A DNA stretch of 64,000 nt from an uncultured delta proteobacterium (GTDB lineage: Bacteria > Myxococcota > Myxococcia > Myxococcales > Anaeromyxobacteraceae): assembly GCA_963828255.1 (NCBI GenBank), contig CAWHDZ010000011.1:160001-224000 (forward strand), written 5' to 3'. Numbering within the stretch: position 1 is the stretch's first letter; each line of letters opens with the position of its first letter. Shown here piece by piece: positions 19,366-28,729 of the stretch. The position numbers were made by a program, and so were the translations under genes. The notes under the pieces were generated by a model that saw only the letters and a list, made by a program, of their open reading frames with translations, had not been told where the DNA came from and searched no databases.

Positions 19366-20424
19366 ATGCTCCAGGCCTACACCGCGCGCCGCAACCAAGA
19401 GCAGACCGCCATCCTCCTGAACGCCAACGCCAAGCAGGTGAGTCCGCGCGTCCGCGACTCCCTCTCGGGGCTGGTGCCTGCGGAGAGCCTCTTCTTCTCC
19501 CGCGACCGGGACGACGCACACCGCATCGCCGATGTGGTCGTCTCCCGCGGCTTCGGAACCGTCTTCACCGGCGGGGGGGACGGGACCTTCGTCTCCTGGG
19601 TGAACCACATCCTCGACCGGGCCGAGACCCGCTCCGTCCCGTCGCCCCGCTTCGGCGTCCTGGCGCTCGGCACGGGCAACGCCGTGGCCGAGATGGTCGG
19701 CGCCGGACGCCCCATCGACGACCTCCGCCGCCACCTCTCCGGCGAGGTCCTGCCGGGCCGGCGGCTCGACCTGATCAGCTGCGAGGGACGGCGCACCCCG
19801 TTCGCGAGCGTCGGGCTCGATGCGGCCGTCCTGAACGACTACAACTGGATCCGCGCCAGGCTGGGCGGCAAGGCCGGCCGCCTCGCCCGCGGGATGCGCG
19901 GCTACGGCCTCGCCATCGCGCTCCGCTCCGCGCCCCGCCAGGTGTTCCAGCGGGCCCCGGTCCACTGCGAGATCCTGAACACCGGCGCCCCGGCCTGGCG
20001 GCTCGACGCCTCGGGCGACCGGGTGGGCCGCGCCGTCGAGAACGGCGAGCTGCTCTACGCCGGCCCCTGCATGCTGGCGGCCGGCAGCACGGTGCCCTAC
20101 TACGGATTCAAGCTGCGGGCCTTCCCCTTCGCCGGCCGGCGCGCCTCCACCATGAACCTGCGCGTGTTCACCCGGATCCCGGTGCCCGCCATGGTCCTCC
20201 AGGCCAGGAAGATCTTCACCGGAGAGTTCCAGCACCCCGGCCTCCTCGACTTCGAGGCCGAGCAGGTGGAGATGAGCTTCGACCGCCCCGTCCCCTTCCA
20301 GGTGGGCGGCGACGCCGAGGGGCACCGCGACAGCCTGACGCTGGGCATCGCGCGGCGCAGCGTGGAGCTGCTCGACTACACCGGCCGCACCAGCATCCTC
20401 CCGGCCCCGGCCACCCTGCACTAG
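19366..20424 (+). CDS. Diacylglycerol/lipid kinase family protein
   Basis: LLNANA, GGGDGT, LALGTGNA, GLDA, FQVGGD. Confidence 0.85.
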   Translation: MLQAYTARRNQEQTAILLNANAKQVSPRVRDSLSGLVPAESLFFSRDRDDAHRIADVVVSRGFGTVFTGGGDGTFVSWVNHILDRAETRSVPSPRFGVLALGTGNAVAEMVGAGRPIDDLRRHLSGEVLPGRRLDLISCEGRRTPFASVGLDAAVLNDYNWIRARLGGKAGRLARGMRGYGLAIALRSAPRQVFQRAPVHCEILNTGAPAWRLDASGDRVGRAVENGELLYAGPCMLAAGSTVPYYGFKLRAFPFAGRRASTMNLRVFTRIPVPAMVLQARKIFTGEFQHPGLLDFEAEQVEMSFDRPVPFQVGGDAEGHRDSLTLGIARRSVELLDYTGRTSILPAPATLH

Positions 20425-20426
20425 CG

Positions 20427-21752
20427 TTACAGCAAGTTTGCAGCCAGCTCGGCGAGGGGAGACCGCTCCCCCTTCGAGAGGGTCACGTGGGCAGCCAGCT
20501 TCTCCTGCTTGAAGCGGTTCACCACGTGCACGAGGCCGTTGTTGGTCTGGTCCACGTACGGGTTGTCGATCTGGTAGGGGTCGCCGGTGAGGACGATCTT
20601 CGTCCCGTCGCCGACGCGGGTGATGATGGTCTTCACCTCGTGCGGCGTCAGGTTCTGCGCCTCGTCCACGATCATGAACTGGTTGGGGATGGAGCGGCCG
20701 CGGATGTAGGTGAGCGGCTCGATCTCGAGGATCCCCAGGTCCACCAGCTCGTGGTAGCCGCGCCCCAGCTTCTTGTCGGAGCGCGAGAGGTTCATGAGGT
20801 ACTCGACGTTGTCGAAGATGGGCTGCATCCAGGGGTTCAGCTTCTCCTCGACCGACCCGGGCAGGTAGCCGATGTCCCGCCCCAGCGGGAAGATCGGGCG
20901 CGAGACCAGGAGCTTCTGGTAGGCGGTCTCCTCCATGGTCTTGTGGAGGCCGGCGGCGATGGCGAGCAGGGTCTTGCCGGTGCCCGCCTTCCCCACGATG
21001 GTGACCAGCCGGATCTCGTCGTTGAGCAGCAGGTCGAGCGCGAACGACTGCTCCTTGTTGCGCGGCCGGATGCCCCAGATCCCCTCCTTGGGGAGCTTGA
21101 TGAGGGGCACGTAGGCCTGCCGCGGGGCGCTGAACTTCCCCACGGCGCTGTGCTGGAGGTTGTCCCGGTCGCGCAGCACCACGAACTCGTTGGGCGGCGG
21201 AGTGGGGCCGTCGGGTGGGAGCGGGACGACGCCCTGGGCGTAGAACTGGTTCACCGCCTCGGCATCCACCACCTCCTCGGCCACCCCGCTCCAGAGCTCG
21301 TCGAGGTCGACGCCCTCGACGTCGTAGTCCTCGGTGGTGAGCCCCATGGCGTCGGCCCGGATGCGCAGGTTCGTGTCCTTCGACACGAAGACCGCCGGGA
21401 GCTCGCGCTCGCGCTGCGAGATGTCGAGCGCCACCGCCAGGATCCGATCGTCGGTCGTGGAGTGGCCGTTGCGCAGCTCGGGCGGCAGCTGCCGGTCGGT
21501 GAAGAGGACCCTGACCGTCCCCTTCCCTGCGCCGATGGGAACTCCCTCCTTGAGCCGCCCCTGCGAGCGGAAGTCGTCGAGGCTCCGCGCCACCGCCCGG
21601 GCGTTCCGGCCCAGGCTGGAGAGGTCGCGCTTGAAGTTGTCGATCTCCTCGATCACGTAGATCGGGATGACGACGTTGTTGTCGTCGAAGGCGAAGATCG
21701 AGCGCGGATCGTGCAGCAGGACGTTGGTGTCGAGGACGAAGTTCTTCTTCAA
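20427..21752 (-). CDS. PIN-PhoH (PhoH2/YlaK-type) RNase-ATPase
   Basis: N-terminal PIN FVLDTNVLLHDP, SKDTNLR; GKAGTGKT, IGYLPG, RGRS, DEAQN, GDPYQID. Confidence 0.93.
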   Translation of the reverse strand: MKKNFVLDTNVLLHDPRSIFAFDDNNVVIPIYVIEEIDNFKRDLSSLGRNARAVARSLDDFRSQGRLKEGVPIGAGKGTVRVLFTDRQLPPELRNGHSTTDDRILAVALDISQRERELPAVFVSKDTNLRIRADAMGLTTEDYDVEGVDLDELWSGVAEEVVDAEAVNQFYAQGVVPLPPDGPTPPPNEFVVLRDRDNLQHSAVGKFSAPRQAYVPLIKLPKEGIWGIRPRNKEQSFALDLLLNDEIRLVTIVGKAGTGKTLLAIAAGLHKTMEETAYQKLLVSRPIFPLGRDIGYLPGSVEEKLNPWMQPIFDNVEYLMNLSRSDKKLGRGYHELVDLGILEIEPLTYIRGRSIPNQFMIVDEAQNLTPHEVKTIITRVGDGTKIVLTGDPYQIDNPYVDQTNNGLVHVVNRFKQEKLAAHVTLSKGERSPLAELAANLL

Positions 21753-21803
21753 GGCCCACCTGCCCGGGGACGGTTCGCCTTCGGCCCGGGGTCGTCCGGG
21801 AGT

Positions 21804-24095
21804 CTAGCAGGGGGTCCGGCCGCCGGACAGGTCGGACGAGCGGACGGTGCGGTTCCGCCCGGTGCGCTTGGCCTGGTAGAGGCACGCATCGGCCACCTCG
21901 ACGAGGCGCGCCTTCTCGGTCCCGTCCTCGGGGAAGGTGGCGATCCCGAGCGAGATGGTGACGTGGAGCGGACCGGACTCGGTGGGGAACGTGGTGGCCT
22001 CGAGGCGCTGCCGGACCCGCTCGGCGATGATCCGCGCCCCTTCCCCGTCGGTCTCGGGCATGACGATGGCGAACTCCTCGCCGCCGTAGCGGGCCACGAG
22101 GTCGGTGCCGCGGGCCTCCTTGCCGAGGACGTGCCCCACCCCGCGCAGCACCAGGTCGCCCACCGGGTGGCCGTGCGCGTCGTTCACCGACTTGAACCGG
22201 TCCACGTCGCAGAGCACGACCGAGAGCCGCTTGCCGTGGCGCTGGGCCAGCCGGAGCTGCTCGTCGAGGCGGGACTGGAAGGTGCGGTGGTTGTGCAGGC
22301 CGGTCAGGCCGTCGGTGCTGGCGAGCCGCTCGGTCTGCTCGAAGAGGCGGGCCCGCAGGAGCGCGTCGGCCACCTGCATGGCGATCACCTCGAGCTGGCG
22401 GGCCGCCCCCCGGGCGAAGGCGTCGGGGCGCCTCGACCCCACCACCAGCGTTCCCATGGCCTGGTCACCCGACTTGAGCGGGAAGACCCGGATCGATCCC
22501 AGCCCCTTCAACCGCGTGCCCTCGTCGAAGACGCGCATCCGGTCCACCCGATCGCCCTGCCCGGGGAGCGACGAGCCGTGCCGCACCGCCGAGGCCACCA
22601 GCCCGCTCTGGGCGGAGAAGCGCAGCCCCAGGATCTCGGAGGGCTGCCACCCCTGCGGGGAGGAGGTCACCGCCTTCACGACACGGTGGGGGCGCCGGGC
22701 CTCCTCCGGCTCGTGGAGGGTCACCGCGCCGAAGTCGAGATCGACGATGCGCGCGGCCACCTCGATGGCAGCGTCGAGGACGTCCTGGGTCTTGGAGGTG
22801 CGGTTGAGCTGCTCGATGGCCGCGTAGAAGAGCTCCTTCTCGTCCCGCTCGGTCTGGAGCGACACCAGGATGCGCTCCGACTCGACGGCGCGGATGAGCT
22901 CCCCGGCCACGCGCGCGACCAGGCTCTCGTCCGACTCGTCGAAGGGCAGGTTCTCGAGCCGGTCGGCCACCAGCACCCCGCGGACGTGGCCGCCGCGCCG
23001 GTCCACCAGGGGCGCCGCCACGAGGGCCCTGGGGCGCGTCCCGTCGTCGTAGTAGGTGGCGGAGCGGATCTCGCCGGAGAGGCGCAGGGGCGCGCGCCGG
23101 GAGATGACGCTGCCCAGGACCCCCTCGGCGGCCGGGAGCGGCTGGCGCGAGACGTGGTCGGAGAGCGACCGGCACTCCCGGAGCGTGATCGTCGCGTCGT
23201 CCGGCGACAGCAGGAAGAGCGCGCAGGTATGGCAGCGCAGCGCGGCCTCGGCGACCTCCATGGCCCCGGCCATGGCGGCCTCGACCTGGACCGCCGCGGC
23301 CCGTCCGCGCAGGAGCGCCCGCTCCTCGTCGGCGGATGCGCCGCGATCGAGCCCGCGCGGGGACAGCAGCCGCATCTCCCGGGCGCGCTCGTCGAGGTCC
23401 CTCAGGCGCCGGTCCACGGCCTCGCGCTCGTTGCGCTGCGCCGCCGCGAGCCGGGCCCAGAGCACCGCGTGGTAGAGGACCGCGAAGAGGAGGATGAACC
23501 CCACCCGGGCCAGCATCCCGGGCAACCCGGACGGTTCCGCGCCGGCGTTCCACCAGACCCCGAGCTGAAGCGCCGCCGCCAGCCCCACGAGCGCGAGCCC
23601 CACCGGCAGGGAGAGGAAGGAGACCGCCACCGCGGCCGTCAGGTAGACGAGCGGGAAGAGCGGCCCCTCGCCGCTCCCCGACGACGTGAGCTGGGCCAGC
23701 GCGGCGGCGCCGACCACGAAGATGGCGCCGATCTCCAGCTGCTCGCCGACGCGCGCCACGCGCCCGTCGGCCGAGCGGCGGACGGCGCGCACCGACGAGA
23801 CCGACGCGGCCGCGCCGAGCAGCAGGAGGACGCCCCACTCCTCGAGCCCGACGCCGGGGCCGGCGAACCAGCCGCGGGCGACTCCGGCCGCGGCCAGCAC
23901 CGCGGCGGCGCCGGGGAGCGTCCGGCCCGCGGTGCGGGCGGCGCGGCGGCGCACCGGGGGACCGAGGAGACCGTCGTCCCGGTACCAGGCGCCGTGGATG
24001 GCGGCGTGGATGCGACTCCGGGTGACGCGCCCGTCGAGGACCTGGCGCCTCCTCCGCACCGCGCCGGCCGCTGCGCTGGCGGGGGGCGGGCTCAC
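21804..24095 (-). CDS. Membrane-bound GAF-GAF-GGDEF diguanylate cyclase (DmxA-like)
   Basis: Several TM helices, two GAF-like regions, TDGLTGL, RGTD I-site, RYGGEEF; start uncertain (GTG overlapping the ftsB stop). Confidence 0.88.
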   Translation of the reverse strand: MSPPPASAAAGAVRRRRQVLDGRVTRSRIHAAIHGAWYRDDGLLGPPVRRRAARTAGRTLPGAAAVLAAAGVARGWFAGPGVGLEEWGVLLLLGAAASVSSVRAVRRSADGRVARVGEQLEIGAIFVVGAAALAQLTSSGSGEGPLFPLVYLTAAVAVSFLSLPVGLALVGLAAALQLGVWWNAGAEPSGLPGMLARVGFILLFAVLYHAVLWARLAAAQRNEREAVDRRLRDLDERAREMRLLSPRGLDRGASADEERALLRGRAAAVQVEAAMAGAMEVAEAALRCHTCALFLLSPDDATITLRECRSLSDHVSRQPLPAAEGVLGSVISRRAPLRLSGEIRSATYYDDGTRPRALVAAPLVDRRGGHVRGVLVADRLENLPFDESDESLVARVAGELIRAVESERILVSLQTERDEKELFYAAIEQLNRTSKTQDVLDAAIEVAARIVDLDFGAVTLHEPEEARRPHRVVKAVTSSPQGWQPSEILGLRFSAQSGLVASAVRHGSSLPGQGDRVDRMRVFDEGTRLKGLGSIRVFPLKSGDQAMGTLVVGSRRPDAFARGAARQLEVIAMQVADALLRARLFEQTERLASTDGLTGLHNHRTFQSRLDEQLRLAQRHGKRLSVVLCDVDRFKSVNDAHGHPVGDLVLRGVGHVLGKEARGTDLVARYGGEEFAIVMPETDGEGARIIAERVRQRLEATTFPTESGPLHVTISLGIATFPEDGTEKARLVEVADACLYQAKRTGRNRTVRSSDLSGGRTPC

Positions 24096-24400
24096 CGCTG
24101 CGCTCCCGGAGGCGGCAGCTCGTACACCCGCTCGCCGGGGCGCACGTAGCCGAGCTCCTCCCGGGCGGCCCGTTCCAGCGCCGCCGGGTCCCCGGCCAGC
24201 GCGCGGGCCTCGCGCCGCAGCTTCTGGTTCTTCTCGCGGAGCTTCTCGTTCTCGTCGGCGACGCGCCGCACGTCGGCAGCCAGCGCCCGGTGCTTTCGCA
24301 GGCCGGCGGGGTGCAGCGCCGAGGCGACGAACAGGGCCGCCACGACGCCGGAGTAGGCGATGAGCCATGGTTTCGCGCGCTTCACGGGCCTCGCGGCCAC
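24092..24400 (-). CDS. ftsB: Cell division protein FtsB/DivIC (septum formation initiator)
   Basis: TM helix, coiled coil, ALERAAREELGYVRPGE. Confidence 0.88.
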   Translation of the reverse strand: MAARPVKRAKPWLIAYSGVVAALFVASALHPAGLRKHRALAADVRRVADENEKLREKNQKLRREARALAGDPAALERAAREELGYVRPGERVYELPPPGAQR

Positions 24401-24469
24401 CCTACCAGGGGGGTCGGGACCGTCCAGAAATCGGCCGATAGCCGCCGGTGGAGGCGGTGGCCGGCGCCG

Positions 24470-25144
24470 TCAGCCCTTCTCGACCCGCTTCAGGAAGATC
24501 TCGCTGGCGATCTCCGGGTCGATGGCCACCGTGGTCTCGCCGATGTCGAGGACGTAGGCGGGGGAGCGCTGGTGGAGCCGGACCTCGCTCCCGGGGACAA
24601 CGCCCAGGGCGGCGAGCTTGTCCATCCGCTCGTGGAAGCGGGGGGCGATGAAGACGATCCGGCCGGTCGCGCCGATGGGGAAGTGGGGCAGCCCGGTGAC
24701 GAGCGACTGCACGCTGCGGTGGGCGGCGCTGCAGCAGTCCCCCGGCGGGATCGACTTCCCGTGAGGACAGGTGGGCGGGTGGCCGAGCAGCGTGCAGACC
24801 GAGTCGGTCGCCTCCGGGGAGAGGATGTGCTCGAACTCGCAGGCCTGGCTCTCCGCCACCCCCTCCGACAGGTCGAGCAGGTCCCGGAAGAGCCGCTCCG
24901 CCAGGCGGTGGCGCCGGATCACGCCGCGGGCCCGGGCCGTCCCGGTCTCGGTCAGGGTCACCCGGTCGCCCTCGACCCGGACGAGCCCCATTCCCGCCAG
25001 GGTGCCGAAGTCGGCGGCGCCGGAGCCGGGGGCGTGGTCGCCCACCCGCGAGAGCACGCTCGCCACGTCGTCCTGCCCGATCTCCGCCTCGGCGAAGACC
25101 GCCTCGAGGAACTCCTCCGCCCTGCGTGCATCCATGCCGCTCAC
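24470..25144 (-). CDS. DtxR/IdeR/MntR-family metal-dependent regulator with C-terminal FeoA domain
   Basis: RRHRLAERLF, ACEFEH, LLGHPPTCPHG, then FeoA-type KLAALGVVPG...IGETTVAID. Confidence 0.88.
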   Translation of the reverse strand: MSGMDARRAEEFLEAVFAEAEIGQDDVASVLSRVGDHAPGSGAADFGTLAGMGLVRVEGDRVTLTETGTARARGVIRRHRLAERLFRDLLDLSEGVAESQACEFEHILSPEATDSVCTLLGHPPTCPHGKSIPPGDCCSAAHRSVQSLVTGLPHFPIGATGRIVFIAPRFHERMDKLAALGVVPGSEVRLHQRSPAYVLDIGETTVAIDPEIASEIFLKRVEKG

Positions 25145-25356
25145 CGTGCCGCCTCCTTGCGCCGATCCAGCCAGCCCTTCAGCTTGCCCGCCCACCCGGT
25201 CTCCTGGGGAAAGGAGTACCCGCAGGACGGGCAGCACACCACCCGGCACCCGGTGGCCAGAGGGCAGGACGGGCGGCAGCCCTGTCCCTCGGCGTCGAAG
25301 GCCATCCCGCAGAGCGGGCACCGTTCCTGTCGCTGGACGAGGGCCGGCACATTCAC
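25141..25356 (-). CDS. Small Cys-rich protein (8 Cys) between feoB and the DtxR-FeoA gene
   Basis: MNVPALVQRQERCPLCGMAFDAEGQGCRPSCPLATGCRVVCCPSCGYSFPQETGWAGKLKGWLDRRKEAAR; fills the gap exactly and overlaps the next start. Confidence 0.75.
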   Translation of the reverse strand: MNVPALVQRQERCPLCGMAFDAEGQGCRPSCPLATGCRVVCCPSCGYSFPQETGWAGKLKGWLDRRKEAAR

Positions 25357-25358
25357 CC

Positions 25359-27419
25359 CTAGTAGAACCTGCGCATGAGGAGGTTCACCGCGGCGCCCAC
25401 GCCCACCGAGAAGGGGAGCACGAAGGCGGCGATGGCGAGCCCGGTCTTCCATCCACGCTCCTTCAGGATCATGAGGAAGTTGGCGATGCAGGGGATGAAG
25501 AGGGTCACGGTGACGAGCGCCACGGTGACCTGGATCTCCATCACCCGGGTCATGGTCCCGGTGGTCATGAAGGGCTGGTAGATCTGGAAGAGCCCGGCGG
25601 CGGCGTAGTCGCGCCGCAGGAACCCCAGGATGAAGGCGCTGGCCGCCTGCTCGGGCAGCTGCAGGATTCCGACCACCACCGGCGCCGCCGCCCGCTCCAC
25701 GAGCCCCAGCAAGTGGGTCCGGTCGAGCACCCAGAGGAGCAGCGTGCCCAGGACGAAGAGCGGGAGCGCCTCGCGCAGGTACCACTCCATGCGCGCCAGC
25801 GTCTTCACGAGCACGTTGCCGAGCTGGGGGACGCGCAGCGGCGGGAGCTCGAGAACGAAGTCGGAGCCCCGCCCGGGGATGACCCGCGCCGCCAGCCAGC
25901 CCACCAGGAAGAGCACGAGGACGATCACCGCGGAGAACCAGAGCGAGGCGGCGAAGGAGAGCCCCTGGAGCATCGCGAAGATGACGGCGATCTGCGCGCT
26001 GCAGGGCACCGCGAGCGCCAGGAGCAGCGTGACGATCACGCGCTCCTTGCGGGTCTCCATGATCCGGGCGGTCATGGTGGCCATGGTGTCGCAGCCGAGG
26101 CCGAGCACCATGGGCAGGACGGCCTTGCCGTTCAGCCCCATCCACTTGAAGACCCGGTTCACCATCACCGCGAGCCGGGGCAGGTAGCCCGAGTCCTCGA
26201 GGACGCTGAAGGAGAGGAAGAAGGTGGCCACGATGGGCAGCACGATGGCCATGCCGTAGGCCAGCCCCATGGAGACCAGGCCGTACCTCCCGATGATGAA
26301 GCCGCTGGTCTCCCGGAAGGGAAGCCCGGGCGGACCGACCAGGAACTCCTGGATCGCTCCGGCCGGAACGACGAAGCGCAGGAAGGCCTCCGTCCAGGGC
26401 ACGACGTGATCGTAGAAGACCGTGTTCTCGAGGAAGTCCACCAGCGTCTTGGCGCCGAACACGCCCACGAAGAAGTAGGCGGCGGCGAGCACCAGCAGGA
26501 GGACGGGGATGCCCTTGACCGGGTCGGTGGACCAGGCGCCGATGCGGCGGGCCAGCGCGCTTCCCGCCGAGGCCTTCCCCCGGGTGACCACCTGGTCGTG
26601 CAGCCGGTCGGCGGCGGCGAGCCGCTGCCGGGCCACCACGAAGCGGAGCGACTCGGGGTACCGGCTGGCCAGGGCGCGCCGGATCCCCTCGATGCGCTGC
26701 AGCCTCTCGGCGGACGCCCCGGAGAACAGCCAGGGCTGGAGCGAGTCGTCGCCGGCCAGCACCATGAGGCCGAGGGAGCGCCGGGAGAGGCGCGCCGCGG
26801 GCAGGAGCGGCTCGAGGTCGGAGAGCGCCGACTCGATGGCCGGGTCGTAGCGCGGCCGGAAGCTGGAGACGCCCGCCTCCGGGATCCGCTCGAGCAGGAG
26901 CGGCAGGCCGGTGCGCTGCACCGCCACGGTGGAGATCACGTCGATCCCCAGCGCGGCGGAGAGCCGGTCGGTGTCGATGCGGATCCCGCGGGCGGCGGCC
27001 TCGTCGGCCATGTTGAGCGCCAGCGTGAAGGGGACGCCGGCCTCGGCGAGCTGGCAGGCCAGCAGGAGCCCGCGCCGGAGGTTCTTGGCGTCGCACACCT
27101 GAAGGCAGACGTACTCCGGCTCGCGGAGCAGGATGTCGCGGGTCACCTGCTCGTCCTCGGACATGGGGAGCAGGTTGTTGGTGCCCGGGGTGTCGAGCAC
27201 GTGCCAGCGCAGGCCGCCGATCTCGGCCGCGCCCCGCGTGACCTCCACGGTGGTGCCCGGGTAGTTCGAGACGGTGACGTACTTGCCGGTGAGCGCGCCG
27301 AAGAGGACGCTCTTGCCGACGTTGGGGTTGCCCACCAGCACCAGCGTGCGCGGGGCGGCCACGATCTCCTTGTGGTCGAGCGGCTGGCTGCGGGCGGAGG
27401 CGCCCGACGCGGGGGTCAC
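25359..27419 (-). CDS. feoB: Ferrous iron transporter FeoB
   Basis: GNPNVGKS, NYPGTTVE, DTPG, NMAD, LEDSGYLPR, GLGC, VPCSA, FVLELP. Confidence 0.97.
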   Translation of the reverse strand: MTPASGASARSQPLDHKEIVAAPRTLVLVGNPNVGKSVLFGALTGKYVTVSNYPGTTVEVTRGAAEIGGLRWHVLDTPGTNNLLPMSEDEQVTRDILLREPEYVCLQVCDAKNLRRGLLLACQLAEAGVPFTLALNMADEAAARGIRIDTDRLSAALGIDVISTVAVQRTGLPLLLERIPEAGVSSFRPRYDPAIESALSDLEPLLPAARLSRRSLGLMVLAGDDSLQPWLFSGASAERLQRIEGIRRALASRYPESLRFVVARQRLAAADRLHDQVVTRGKASAGSALARRIGAWSTDPVKGIPVLLLVLAAAYFFVGVFGAKTLVDFLENTVFYDHVVPWTEAFLRFVVPAGAIQEFLVGPPGLPFRETSGFIIGRYGLVSMGLAYGMAIVLPIVATFFLSFSVLEDSGYLPRLAVMVNRVFKWMGLNGKAVLPMVLGLGCDTMATMTARIMETRKERVIVTLLLALAVPCSAQIAVIFAMLQGLSFAASLWFSAVIVLVLFLVGWLAARVIPGRGSDFVLELPPLRVPQLGNVLVKTLARMEWYLREALPLFVLGTLLLWVLDRTHLLGLVERAAAPVVVGILQLPEQAASAFILGFLRRDYAAAGLFQIYQPFMTTGTMTRVMEIQVTVALVTVTLFIPCIANFLMILKERGWKTGLAIAAFVLPFSVGVGAAVNLLMRRFY

Positions 27420-27934
27420 GGCCGCGCTTCCCTGGATCCGGCCTCGCCGCTGCGGCAGCGGTCGCAGCGCCCGTAGAGCTCCAGCTTGTGGCTCTCCACG
27501 TCGAAGCCGTGGCTCCGGGCCACGCGCTTCTGCAGCTCCTCGATCTTCTCGTTCTCGAACTCCACGATCCGCCCGCAGCCGGTGCAGATGAGGTGGTCGT
27601 GGTGGGAGCGGCCGGTGGCCGGCTCGTAGCGGGTCTGCCCGTCGTCGAACCGGCGGGGCACGGCGATCCCGCACTCGGCGAGGAGCTTCATGGTCCGGTA
27701 CACGGTGGCCACGCTGACCCGGGCGTCCAGGGACCGCACCCGCGCCACCAGGCCGTCCACCGGGACGTGCCCGCCCATCCCGTAGAAGGTCTCGACGATG
27801 ACGTCGCGCTGCCGGGAGTGCTTGAGCCCGCGCTCCTCCAGCCAGGACCCGAGCCGGGAGAGCGCGGCCTGGGCCTCGACCTTCCCGTCCGACGTCCGTT
27901 CCTCTTCCTGGACCGCCCTGCGTCGCGTGGCCAT
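27416..27934 (-). CDS. fur: Ferric uptake regulator Fur
   Basis: SRQRDVI, VSVATVYRT, HHDHLICTGCG, LYGRCDRC. Confidence 0.93.
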   Translation of the reverse strand: MATRRRAVQEEERTSDGKVEAQAALSRLGSWLEERGLKHSRQRDVIVETFYGMGGHVPVDGLVARVRSLDARVSVATVYRTMKLLAECGIAVPRRFDDGQTRYEPATGRSHHDHLICTGCGRIVEFENEKIEELQKRVARSHGFDVESHKLELYGRCDRCRSGEAGSREARP

Positions 27935-27937
27935 GTT

Positions 27938-27956
27938 GATAACGATTCTCATTATC
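27938..27956. promoter_or_regulatory. Fur box
   Basis: GATAACGATTCTCATTATC, 16/19 match to GATAATGATAATCATTATC, 3 bp from the fur ATG. Confidence 0.88.
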
Positions 27957-28001
27957 CCATGGCGAACGGGAAGGCAAGCGAGAACGCGCCCCACCCCGCT
28001 C

Positions 28002-28607
28002 CTAGGGCGGAAAAGCCACGCCGCGCGCGGACCAGTAGGCCCGCCAGCGGTCGGCCGCGTCCGGCCCCTCGCCGCCGACGTCCTCCCGGGCCATCGCCGC
28101 AAGCGAGGCGCGGGCCTGGCGGCGGACCTCGGTGGCCGGGTCGGACAGCAGGGCCACCAGGCGCGGGACGTAGCGGCGGGCGTCCTCGGGACGGCGGTGG
28201 CGGACCAGCTCGGCGGCCATGGCGCGGGCCTCCGGATCGACGGAACGGAGCTGCCGGGTCAGGTCGACGGGGGGGGTGGCCCCCGAGGCCTTCCAGCGCT
28301 CGACGGAGCCCGGGACGAAGAGGAAGAGCACGAGGCCGAGCAGCCCCACCTGCACGAAGGCCTTTCCCGCGTGGTACTTGCCGCTCCGCACCAGCGTGAA
28401 CCGGTACGCCGTGAATCCGATGGCGAAGGCGCCCAGGAGGACCGGGGCGACGAGCAGCTCGGCGCGCCTGCCCAGGCCGGTGCCGGGCGCGTTCTCGGTG
28501 GGGATGAGGAGGGCCGCCGCGGCCGCCGCCAGGAGGAGCAGGTACAGCGCCACCCGGGCGGAGCGTGCCGCAGGGGAGAGCTCCACGTCGCGGGGAATTG
28601 GGGGCAT
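28002..28607 (-). CDS. Membrane protein (about 3 TM) with C-terminal HEAT-like repeat
   Basis: Three hydrophobic segments then LRSVDPEARAMAAE...LVALLSDPATEVRRQARASL; start uncertain (28607 or 28616). Confidence 0.65.
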   Translation of the reverse strand: MPPIPRDVELSPAARSARVALYLLLLAAAAAALLIPTENAPGTGLGRRAELLVAPVLLGAFAIGFTAYRFTLVRSGKYHAGKAFVQVGLLGLVLFLFVPGSVERWKASGATPPVDLTRQLRSVDPEARAMAAELVRHRRPEDARRYVPRLVALLSDPATEVRRQARASLAAMAREDVGGEGPDAADRWRAYWSARGVAFPP

Positions 28608-28729
28608 CGGCGCCATCTTACCAATCGGGCGGCCGCACTCCACGATTCTCCTGATCGATTCCGGCGGGTGGGGCGCCGCGACGGTCCGCCGACTTGACTG
28701 GGCGGTCGCCGCGTCGCACCTTGCCCGCG

